From positions 85,436 to 149,435 of the forward strand of contig JAEWRN010000043.1 in NCBI GenBank assembly GCA_023460035.1: 64,000 nt of DNA, in the 5' to 3' direction. Below the pieces are notes generated by a model, which searched no databases, was not told the DNA's origin, and was given only the letters and a program-made list of their open reading frames with translations. Below are positions 56,552 to 64,000 of the stretch, one piece after another (within the stretch, counting starts at the first letter, position 1; each line of letters starts with the position of its first letter). The DNA is from Bacillota bacterium (GTDB lineage Bacteria; Bacillota; Clostridia; Oscillospirales; Ruminococcaceae). A program made the translations under genes and the position numbers.

Positions 56552-57535
56552 TTACAGGTTATAGGCATCCACTTTATATTCACCAAGGTGGCCGCGCAGC
56601 CATTCCACCGTTGCAGCAAGGCCCTGCTCAAACGTGTAGGCAGGTGCCCAGCCGGTCAGCTGGCGCAGGCGGGTCGCGTCGCCCAGCAGGCGCTCGACCT
56701 CGCTTTTTTCAGGCCGCAGGCGCTGCTGCTCACACACAACCTTTGCCTGCGGGTTGATTTGGCGAATCAGTTCGTCTGCCAGCTGGCCGATTGAAATCTC
56801 GCGCCCAGTGGCAATATTCAGCTCTTGCCCAATGGCCGCTTCGCAATCTGCAATGGCCATAAACCCGGCGGCAGTGTCTTTGACAAAGTTAAAGTCACGC
56901 GTTGCAGTAAGGTTGCCAAGGTGAATTTCGGTGCGCCCGGCAAGGAGCTGCGTGATAATGGTGGGGATGACCGCACGGGCCGACTGGCGCGGGCCATAGG
57001 TGTTAAACGGCCGCACGATGGACACCGGCAAATCAAAGCTGCGGTAAAAGCTTTCCGCCAGGCGGTCGGCCCCGATTTTGGTGGCCGAATACGGGCTTTG
57101 GCCCTGATACGGGTGCTTTTCGTCAATGGGCACATACTGCGCGGTGCCGTACACCTCGCTGGTGGAGGTGATCATGACCCGCTGGGTACCCAGCTGGCGC
57201 GCTGCCTGCAACACATTTAACGTACCTTTTATATTGGTATCGACATAGCTGTCGGGGGAATGATAGCTGAACGGGATGGCAATCAGCGCGGCAAGGTGGT
57301 ACACCCGCTGCTGGCCCTCCATTGCGGTGCGCACGCCGTTGGGGTCGCGCACATCCCCCATAAAAATGTCGATTTCATTGCGAATTTCGGGCGGCAGGGT
57401 ATCGACCCAGCCACAGGAGTTGAACGAATTGTAAAGGCAAAACGCCCGTACCTTTTCACCGCTTTTGACCAGTTCTTCCACAAGGTGGCTGCCAATAAAA
57501 CCATCAGCGCCGGTGACCATGACCGTGTGGGACAT
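56552..57535 (-). CDS. legB: NAD-dependent NDP-GlcNAc 4,6-dehydratase (LegB)
   Basis: TGADGFIG, YNSFNSCGW, HLAALIAIPFSY, TSTSEVYG, YSATK, RPFNTYGPRQS and RLRPEKSEV motifs. Confidence 0.93.
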   Translation of the reverse strand: MSHTVMVTGADGFIGSHLVEELVKSGEKVRAFCLYNSFNSCGWVDTLPPEIRNEIDIFMGDVRDPNGVRTAMEGQQRVYHLAALIAIPFSYHSPDSYVDTNIKGTLNVLQAARQLGTQRVMITSTSEVYGTAQYVPIDEKHPYQGQSPYSATKIGADRLAESFYRSFDLPVSIVRPFNTYGPRQSARAVIPTIITQLLAGRTEIHLGNLTATRDFNFVKDTAAGFMAIADCEAAIGQELNIATGREISIGQLADELIRQINPQAKVVCEQQRLRPEKSEVERLLGDATRLRQLTGWAPAYTFEQGLAATVEWLRGHLGEYKVDAYNL

Positions 57536-57693
57536 GCTGATTCCCCTCTCTGAACCCCGCATTGCAGGCGGGGTTTTTCGTAAAATTGTCTATACAAACA
57601 AGTAGAATAAGTATACTATAAAACCCCGTCAATAGCAATAAAAGCATTTTGTGAAACCGCCAAAAAAGCCCGCCCGCGCACCCCCCGGCGCGC

Positions 57694-57722
57694 TTTACAA
57701 AGGGGCACGCTTCTTTTATAAT
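57694..57722 (+). promoter_or_regulatory. Promoter of the MBOAT operon
   Basis: TTTACA-17 bp-TATAAT. Confidence 0.7.
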
Positions 57723-57778
57723 AATGAAAGATTGAAAGCCGGGGCGCTGCACCGGCTTTTTTTGAAGGGAGTCCTCTC

Positions 57779-59299
57779 ATGTATTTTACCTCTGCGGGCT
57801 TTGCACTGTTTTTACCCCTTGTCGCGCTTTGCTATTATGCCGTGCCCCGGCGCTGGCAAAATGCCGTGCTGCTGTTGGCAAGCTGTGTTTTTTACAGCTT
57901 TAACCTCGGTGGTTCGGTGGTGCCGGCGCTGGCCCTTGCGGCAAACGTGGTATTTACCTATGGCCTTGCGCGCGCCATTGAACACGCGCAGGGCAGCACC
58001 AAAAAACGGCTGGCAGCGCTGGCGGTTGCCGCCTGCGTGGCGGTGCTGGCCGTGTTTAAATACTATAACGCCTTTGTACCCACCGTGCTGGGCTTTACAA
58101 ACTTTGCGCGCCTTGCGCTGCCCATCGGCATCAGCTTTTACACCTTTGCCACCATCAGCTATCTGGTGGATGTCACCCGCGGCGAGCTGGCTGCCGAGAC
58201 CGATTTGATTGCCTATGCCGCATTTGTCACCTTTTTCGGCACCATTGTCAGCGGGCCCATCTGCCGGGCAAAGGCCCTGCTGCCACAGCTGCACACCGCG
58301 CGCAGCTGGGACACCCAGCGCACGGTAAACGCACTGCGCCTAATGCTGGTGGGGCTGTTTAAATGGGTGGCGGTTGCGAATGTGCTGGGGCTTTACGTCA
58401 ACCAAATCTACAACAACCTTGCCGCTTACCGGGGCCTAACGCTAATTTTTGCGGCGGTGCTGTACGCGCTGGAATTGTATTTCGAGTTTTCGGGCTACTC
58501 TGACATTGCGCGCGGCGTGGGGCTACTGCTGGGCCTCTCGATCCCCGTCAACTTTAAAACGCCGTATTTTGCAACCAACTTTTCCGGCTTTTGGAACCGC
58601 TGGCACATCACGCTTTCAAACTGGCTGCAGGACTATATTTTTATGCCGCTGGTGTGGGGCCGCTGGCCCAGCCGCCTGCCGGTCATTGGCAAAAAGCTGC
58701 AAGACCCGCCCATGATCTCCAGCGTGGCGATTGTGTTTTTTCTCAGCGGGCTGTGGCACGGCAACACGATGCCGTTTGTAGTGTGGGGCTGTTTGCAGGC
58801 CGCTTTTCGCGTGGGGGAAGAGCTGTTGCACCGGTATTGCCGCAAGCCCAAAAAACGGCCCCCGGTAGCGCTGCGCATCTTTAAAACGGCAGGCGTTTTT
58901 GTGCTGTGGACGGCCAGCCTTGTGTTCTTCCGCGTGGGGCTGCTGGCGGGTGGCACGGTGGGCGATGCCGCCGGCGCACTGTCTCGGCAGTTTAGCGGCT
59001 GGAGTTTTAGCCGCTTTGCCTCCGAGACCATTGCCGCCGTGCAGGCGGGCTTTTATACGAAGCCCATTATGGTGGCGTTCTATTTTGCGTTTCTTGCCGC
59101 CGTGCTTGCCATCGCCTTTGTGGCCGACTGGCGGCAGTGCTTTGTGTATAAAGACCAGCCCATCGACACCCGCATTGCGCAGCTGCGCCCTGCGGCGCGC
59201 TGGCTGGTGTATTACCTGCTGATTGGCTGTATTTTAGTGGGCACCATTATGCAGAGCGGCGGGTTTGGCACCGTCAGCTTTGCCTATGCCGGGTTTTAA
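57779..59299 (+). CDS. MBOAT-family O-acyltransferase (AlgI/PatA-like)
   Basis: FKYYN, LPIGISFYTF, SGPI, FSGYSDIA, FWNRWHITLS and SGLWHG (catalytic His). Confidence 0.95.
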   Translation: MYFTSAGFALFLPLVALCYYAVPRRWQNAVLLLASCVFYSFNLGGSVVPALALAANVVFTYGLARAIEHAQGSTKKRLAALAVAACVAVLAVFKYYNAFVPTVLGFTNFARLALPIGISFYTFATISYLVDVTRGELAAETDLIAYAAFVTFFGTIVSGPICRAKALLPQLHTARSWDTQRTVNALRLMLVGLFKWVAVANVLGLYVNQIYNNLAAYRGLTLIFAAVLYALELYFEFSGYSDIARGVGLLLGLSIPVNFKTPYFATNFSGFWNRWHITLSNWLQDYIFMPLVWGRWPSRLPVIGKKLQDPPMISSVAIVFFLSGLWHGNTMPFVVWGCLQAAFRVGEELLHRYCRKPKKRPPVALRIFKTAGVFVLWTASLVFFRVGLLAGGTVGDAAGALSRQFSGWSFSRFASETIAAVQAGFYTKPIMVAFYFAFLAAVLAIAFVADWRQCFVYKDQPIDTRIAQLRPAARWLVYYLLIGCILVGTIMQSGGFGTVSFAYAGF

Positions 59300-59311
59300 G
59301 GGGGGGCAACA

Positions 59312-60337
59312 ATGAAAAAACTGATTGCAAAGCTTGCCCTTGCACTGGTGCCCGTGTTGCTTTGGGGTGCCCTGTTTGTGGCATTTGAACCGAATAACTA
59401 TTTTGGTCTGCGCCCCGGCACTGCCGGCAACGCGCCCATTGCGCGGCTGCGGGCGTTTGCACAAGACCCGCAGCCCAACATTATTTTGGGTGACAGCCGC
59501 ATGGCCCATTTTGACATGGCGCTGGTAAACGAGGTGTCGGGCGAGCACTGGGCCAACGTGTCTTACGGCGGCGCCAGCCTGGAAGAGAGCATTGACGAGT
59601 TTTACTACCTGTACCAAACGTACCCCGGCCTTAAAAAAGTGGTGCTGGGGGTGTCGTTTTACACACTGAACGCAAACTACCGAACGGCCAACCGCATGGC
59701 GACAATTGAGACCCAGCTAAAAAACCCCGCCGCCTATGTGTTTAATTTGGAATACAACATCAACACCCTCACCGCCCTCAGCGACCGGCTGGCAAACCGG
59801 CCGGACGTGGAGGAGACTGCCGAGCACACCGCGGCCGAGTACACCGAAAACGGTGTGGCCTTGCCGTTCCGCCGCGGGCTGATTGGCTATGCGGCCACCC
59901 TGTACGCCAACTGCGCGGCAAGCGGCACCCTGCCCGCCGCCAGCTATGACGCAACGGGCAGCCTTGTAAACGCCGCGGCACTGGCCGACGCGATGCAAAG
60001 CGTCACCCCGGCCAGCAGCAAGTTTGCCATCAACGAAACCGCGCTGCAAAGCCTGCTGCAAATGGCGGCCTTTTGCCGTGACAACGGCATTGAACTGACA
60101 CTGGTGCTGCCGCCGATGCAGCAAAGTGTGCGCGCGCTGGTTTGTGCGCCCCTTGGCATCGACGATGCCATGCAGCCCGCGTTGCAGGCCCTTGCCGGCA
60201 GCGGGGCCGCCGTGCTGGATTACGAGTGGGCAAACGACCCCGCCTACCCCGACACCGCCTATTACGACGGCTTTCATTTAGACACCGTGCACGGCCTGCC
60301 GCTTTGGACCCGCACCCTATTTACGGAGGTTGGCTGA
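59312..60337 (+). CDS. Membrane-anchored SGNH-like protein, probable MBOAT partner
   Basis: N-terminal TM, ILGDSR and C-terminal DGFH. Directly downstream of the MBOAT gene. Confidence 0.65.
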   Translation: MKKLIAKLALALVPVLLWGALFVAFEPNNYFGLRPGTAGNAPIARLRAFAQDPQPNIILGDSRMAHFDMALVNEVSGEHWANVSYGGASLEESIDEFYYLYQTYPGLKKVVLGVSFYTLNANYRTANRMATIETQLKNPAAYVFNLEYNINTLTALSDRLANRPDVEETAEHTAAEYTENGVALPFRRGLIGYAATLYANCAASGTLPAASYDATGSLVNAAALADAMQSVTPASSKFAINETALQSLLQMAAFCRDNGIELTLVLPPMQQSVRALVCAPLGIDDAMQPALQALAGSGAAVLDYEWANDPAYPDTAYYDGFHLDTVHGLPLWTRTLFTEVG

Positions 60338-61656
60338 TGGCCCTTGATTATTTAATTTTATACGAGCATGTGGTGCGGGAGTACGAAAGCCTGCTGCTGT
60401 TGCAGACCGAGCTGCGCCGCCGGGGGTATTCGGTAGAAATTCGCCAGCTGCTCGACCGCAAAAAGCTGCGGTATTTCAGCTGGAAAAAGCCCAAGGTGCT
60501 CGTTTCCAGCAATTTATACGACAACGAGGGGCTGAACAGCCACGTTTACAATAATGTGGGCCGCTGTGACAAGGTGGTCAACCTGCACTGGGAGCAGATG
60601 CTGTCTGACACGCAGGAGGCAGAGCCCTGGTTTAATTTTTCGGGCAACGCCAAAAAGTGCGTGCAAACCTGCTGGGGCGCACGCACCCGCCAGCGACTGA
60701 TTGACCACGGGGTGCCCGCAAAAAATGCCGTGGTGACCGGCGCGCTGATGATGGACTTTTTGCGGCCGGAGTTTGCCGGTTATTTTAAAACAAAACAGCA
60801 GCTTTGCAGCGAGTTTGGGCTAAACCCGGGCCAAAAGCTGCTGCTGTATATCTCCAGCTTCGGCTATGCGTCGATGGACGACAAAGAGGTGCAGGAGCTT
60901 TCGCAGATGGCCGGGCAGGATTTCACCGATTTTGCGCGGGTCAACCGCGAGTCGATGGCGGCAACGCTGGCCTGGTTTGACCGTTACCTCACCCAGCACC
61001 CCGACGTGCAGCTGGTCTACCGGCGGCACCCGTCGGAGTGGAACAGCCCCGCCCTTTTGGCGCTGGCAGAAAAGCACGTCAATTTTCACGTTATTTTTGA
61101 GTATTCGGTGCGGCAGTGGATTGTTGCGGCCGACGATATTTTGATTTGGATGAGCACGGCGATTGCCGAGGTGTATTTTGCACAAAAGGGCTGCCACGTG
61201 GTGCGCCCGCAGCCCATCCCGCACGAGTTTGACCCGGTGATTTATCAAGACGCCGCGGCACTGACCAGCTATGAAGCGCTGGAAGCGGCACTAGCGGCCC
61301 CGCACGGCAGCTTCCCCATTGCAAAAGAAGTGATTGAGGGGTATTTTGACCCCGCGCCGCAGCCCGCCTACCTGCGCATGGCCGATTTGCTGGAGCAGGT
61401 ACTGCGCGAGCCGGCGCGGGACCACCCGTTTGACAGTGAGTTTAAACCGCACTTTAACTGGCTGAAATTTTTTGCGTTGCTGGGTGTGCACGGCATGGAC
61501 GCCATCCACCTCGACCCCGCGAAATTTCGCCATATCTGCCCGCCTTTTGCGCGCTTTGCGGGGCGCATTTACGGGTATATTCAAAAAGCAAAGGTCAAAA
61601 AGGCGGACGTTCGCCGCTGGCAGGCGGATATTGACCGCTGCCTTGCGCAAAAATAA
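60337..61656 (+). CDS. Surface carbohydrate biosynthesis protein (TIGR04396-like, probable GT-B fold)
   Basis: YEHVVREYES, LHWEQ, WG, TG...D.LRP, YRRHPSE and WMST..E motifs. TGATG coupling to the upstream gene. Confidence 0.65.
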   Translation: MALDYLILYEHVVREYESLLLLQTELRRRGYSVEIRQLLDRKKLRYFSWKKPKVLVSSNLYDNEGLNSHVYNNVGRCDKVVNLHWEQMLSDTQEAEPWFNFSGNAKKCVQTCWGARTRQRLIDHGVPAKNAVVTGALMMDFLRPEFAGYFKTKQQLCSEFGLNPGQKLLLYISSFGYASMDDKEVQELSQMAGQDFTDFARVNRESMAATLAWFDRYLTQHPDVQLVYRRHPSEWNSPALLALAEKHVNFHVIFEYSVRQWIVAADDILIWMSTAIAEVYFAQKGCHVVRPQPIPHEFDPVIYQDAAALTSYEALEAALAAPHGSFPIAKEVIEGYFDPAPQPAYLRMADLLEQVLREPARDHPFDSEFKPHFNWLKFFALLGVHGMDAIHLDPAKFRHICPPFARFAGRIYGYIQKAKVKKADVRRWQADIDRCLAQK

Positions 61657-61682
61657 AAGCGGTGCGCCGCATACCTGCACAC

Positions 61683-61720
61683 AAAAAAAGGGCTGCCCCG
61701 CCGGCAGCCCCTTTTCTTTT
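61683..61720 (+). terminator. Intrinsic terminator
   Basis: GGGCTGCC / GGCAGCCC stem flanked by A and T runs. Confidence 0.75.
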
Positions 61721-61794
61721 GTACTTTGTACCGGTATAATAGAATAAAACTGAAACAAAACAGCCGTGGCTCTGCCGCGCCGGGAGGACAACAC

Positions 61795-62907
61795 ATGAAA
61801 TACTGCACCAAATGTACGATGCCGGACACCCGCCCGGGCATCACGTTCGACGAGCAAGGGGTTTGCTCTGCCTGCCGCCATTACGAACACCGCAAAGACG
61901 TTGACTGGGATGCCCGCTGGCATGAGTTTGAAGCGATGTGCGACAAATACCGCGGCTGCAACGGCCCCGGCGGGTACGATTGCGCCGTGGCGGTATCCGG
62001 CGGCAAAGACAGCCATTTTCAGGTGTACATGCTGAAAGAGGTCATGAAGATGAACCCCATTTTGTTCAGCGTGGAGGATAATTTCCCGATGACCGAAGCG
62101 GGCAAGCACAACCTGCAAAACATCAGCGAGGAGTTTGGCTGCACCATTATTTCGTGCAAGCCCAACATCAAAGCGCAAAAAAAGCTGATGCGTGTGTTTT
62201 TTGAAAAATACGGCAAGCCCACTTGGTATGTGGACCGGCTGATTTACACCTTCCCGCTGCACATGGCGGCCAAGTTTAACACACCGTTTTTGTGCTACGG
62301 CGAAAACGTGTCGTTTGAATACGGCGGCTCTTCGGATGAAGAGACTTACTCCGCCAAGGGGCAGATTGAAAACGGCGTCGCCGTGGGCTTCCCCAAAGAA
62401 GAGCTGCTTAGCTATGGCGTCAGCGAAAACGATTTGATGCTCACCGAGGCCCCCACGGCGGACGAGCTGGCAAAGCTGGACCCGTTTTACATGAGCTATT
62501 TTATGCCGTGGAACAGCTTTAAAAACTACCAGCTGGCGAAAGCGCATGGCTTCCACGATTTGACCCACGAGTGGGACCGCACCCACCACGCCGAAAACTT
62601 TGACCAGATTGACAGCCGGGCCTACCTTGTGCACTCGTGGCTGAAATACCCAAAATTCGGCCATGCCGCCGCCACCGATTACACCGCCCGCTATATCCGC
62701 TACGGGCTGATGACCCGCGAGGAGGCGATCCCCGTTATCCGCGCGCGGGACGGCGCGCTGGACCCGCTGTGCGTGCGTGATTTCTGCGACTTCTGCGGTT
62801 ACTCTGAAAGCGAGTTCTGGGCAATTTTGGACAAGTTTTATAACCGCGATATCTTTAAAAAAGACGAGTTTGGCCGCTGGGTATTAAAACAGCCCATCTG
62901 GGCATAA
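61795..62907 (+). CDS. N-acetyl sugar amidotransferase (PseA/WbuX/PtmG-like)
   Basis: CTKC.MPDTRPGITFD..GVCSAC, PP-loop SGGKDS, YGEN, KYPKFG and IRYGLMTREEA motifs. Confidence 0.9.
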   Translation: MKYCTKCTMPDTRPGITFDEQGVCSACRHYEHRKDVDWDARWHEFEAMCDKYRGCNGPGGYDCAVAVSGGKDSHFQVYMLKEVMKMNPILFSVEDNFPMTEAGKHNLQNISEEFGCTIISCKPNIKAQKKLMRVFFEKYGKPTWYVDRLIYTFPLHMAAKFNTPFLCYGENVSFEYGGSSDEETYSAKGQIENGVAVGFPKEELLSYGVSENDLMLTEAPTADELAKLDPFYMSYFMPWNSFKNYQLAKAHGFHDLTHEWDRTHHAENFDQIDSRAYLVHSWLKYPKFGHAAATDYTARYIRYGLMTREEAIPVIRARDGALDPLCVRDFCDFCGYSESEFWAILDKFYNRDIFKKDEFGRWVLKQPIWA

Positions 62908-62926
62908 CCCCTTGCCCTGCCGCCAA

Positions 62927-62960
62927 AGCCCTGCGCGCCTAATGGCCGCAGGGCTTTTTT
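62927..62960 (+). terminator. Intrinsic terminator
   Basis: AGCCCTGCG / CGCAGGGCT stem followed by a T-run. Confidence 0.75.
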
Positions 62961-63075
62961 GTATCTGCCGGTTTTCACATTGCGCTTTGCGGCAGGGCAG
63001 TCTATAATAAAAGAAAGTGCCGCAGCCATGCGGTGCAAAGTAGCCCGGGCGCAGTTGCGCGGGAGGAGGAAACCA

Positions 63076-64000
63076 ATGACAGGCAAGCAGATCTGGGGTA
63101 TTACGGTGGCCGCGATTGCCGTGTTTTTTGTGGGGCTGTTTGGCAGCTTTTATTCAGAAATCGCGCAGGATACCGGCGGCGATACCCTGTCGATGGCCGA
63201 CCATTTTGCGGTGATTAACATCGTTGGCACCATTGAGAACACCAGCGGCGACGAGCTGGGCCTCAACCAGCCCAGTTATCACCACACCGCAACCGTAAAC
63301 TATGTCAAAAACCTGCAATACGATAGTTCCAACACCGGTATTTTTTTGTACTTCAACACCGGCGGCGGCGGGGTGTACGAATCTGACGAGCTGTACCGCA
63401 CCCTGATGGATTACAAAGCCGCCACCGGGCGGCCCATCGTCGCGTTCTTTGGCCCCACGGCAGCCAGCGGCGGGTACTACATTTCCATGGCGGCCGACCA
63501 CATCTCTGCCGACCGCAACACAACCACCGGCTCGATTGGTGTGATTATGAGCTATACGAATGTCAAGGGCCTGTATGACAAGCTGGGCATTCACTCCGAA
63601 TACATCACCAGCGGCAAAAACAAATCCATGGGCGCATCCGACCTTGACCTCACCGACGAGCAGCGCGCCATTTACCAGGGCGTGGTGGATGAAGCCTATG
63701 CGCAGTTTGTCGGCATTGTGGCAAACGGGCGCTCGATGGACGAGACTACGGTGCGCCAGCTTGCAGACGGGCGCATTTACACGGCAAAGCAGGCGCTGGA
63801 CCTTGGGCTGATTGACGAGATTGGCACCTATGACGATGCCATTGACGCGTTTTGTGATGAGACCGGCTCGCAGCCGTATTACACCGATTTTTCAGATACA
63901 ACGGTTTTTGACCGGCTGCTGGGCGCTGTTGCAAACGCACTGCCCAAAAGCGACAGCCAGGTATTGCAGCAGTTAGCACAGAACGACCAAAGCGGGGTGC
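63076..64000 (+). CDS. sppA: Signal peptide peptidase SppA, S49 family (3'-truncated by window edge; absent from ORF track)
   Basis: Manual translation gives MTGKQIWG + TM, NTGGG, AASGGYY, TGSIGV, SGKNK, DGRIYTA.QA..LGLID. GGAGGAGG RBS. Confidence 0.92.
   Translation, partial: MTGKQIWGITVAAIAVFFVGLFGSFYSEIAQDTGGDTLSMADHFAVINIVGTIENTSGDELGLNQPSYHHTATVNYVKNLQYDSSNTGIFLYFNTGGGGVYESDELYRTLMDYKAATGRPIVAFFGPTAASGGYYISMAADHISADRNTTTGSIGVIMSYTNVKGLYDKLGIHSEYITSGKNKSMGASDLDLTDEQRAIYQGVVDEAYAQFVGIVANGRSMDETTVRQLADGRIYTAKQALDLGLIDEIGTYDDAIDAFCDETGSQPYYTDFSDTTVFDRLLGAVANALPKSDSQVLQQLAQNDQSGV

Noticed and set aside
59300..59306. G7 tract as a phase-variation site
   Set aside because: Short, intergenic and serving as the RBS of the next gene. 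No long homopolymers or frameshifted glycan genes were seen.
61291..62664. 457-aa - strand ORF
   Set aside because: Antisense shadow of the amidotransferase and the upstream gene.
1..64000. CRISPR arrays, rRNA, tRNA, prophage or defence systems
   Set aside because: No regularly spaced repeats or recognisable RNA-gene or phage/defence motifs seen by eye. Intergenic gaps are short and mostly explained by promoters and terminators. A covariance-model search was not possible.

Overview
A 64 kb chromosomal window from a GC-rich Clostridia-like Firmicute, probably Oscillospiraceae/Ruminococcaceae-type. This is an inference from gene content: DegV proteins, LTA synthase, fhs, sigma-A promoters and GGAGG ribosome-binding sites. 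Housekeeping genes (tsaB-rpiB-upp, fhs, pit, ABC-F, DAG kinase, gap, two degV, sppA) are interleaved with three accessory blocks. (1) About 2-15 kb: a rhamnan-type cell-wall polysaccharide locus (rmlC, Wzm/Wzt, two tandem GT2-GT2 proteins, RgpF). It is followed by an operon with a decaprenyl-phosphate phosphoribosyltransferase-like UbiA, a HAD phosphatase and two GT-C-like membrane proteins but no DprE1/DprE2, which suggests a lipid-linked ribofuranose decoration pathway. (2) About 26.5-36 kb: an AT-rich sugar ABC/catabolic island with two esterases, two Zn-dehydrogenases, a VOC protein and a PfkB kinase, flanked by two LacI regulators. (3) About 41-63 kb: a legionaminic-acid-type nonulosonate locus. 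It lacks a LegH acetyltransferase and contains two Gfo/Idh/MocA oxidoreductases and GT-C-like membrane genes embedded between legB and legC. It also has three tandem SGNH paralogs and a divergent MBOAT/SGNH-like/surface-carbohydrate protein operon followed by an N-acetyl-sugar amidotransferase. Other notable items are a histidine-kinase-like protein without its phospho-acceptor His, phased Pho-box-like arrays upstream of pit, and a strong operator-overlapped promoter with no downstream gene. No rRNA, tRNA, CRISPR array, transposase or integrase was recognised. All calls come from motif reading by eye, without database searches.
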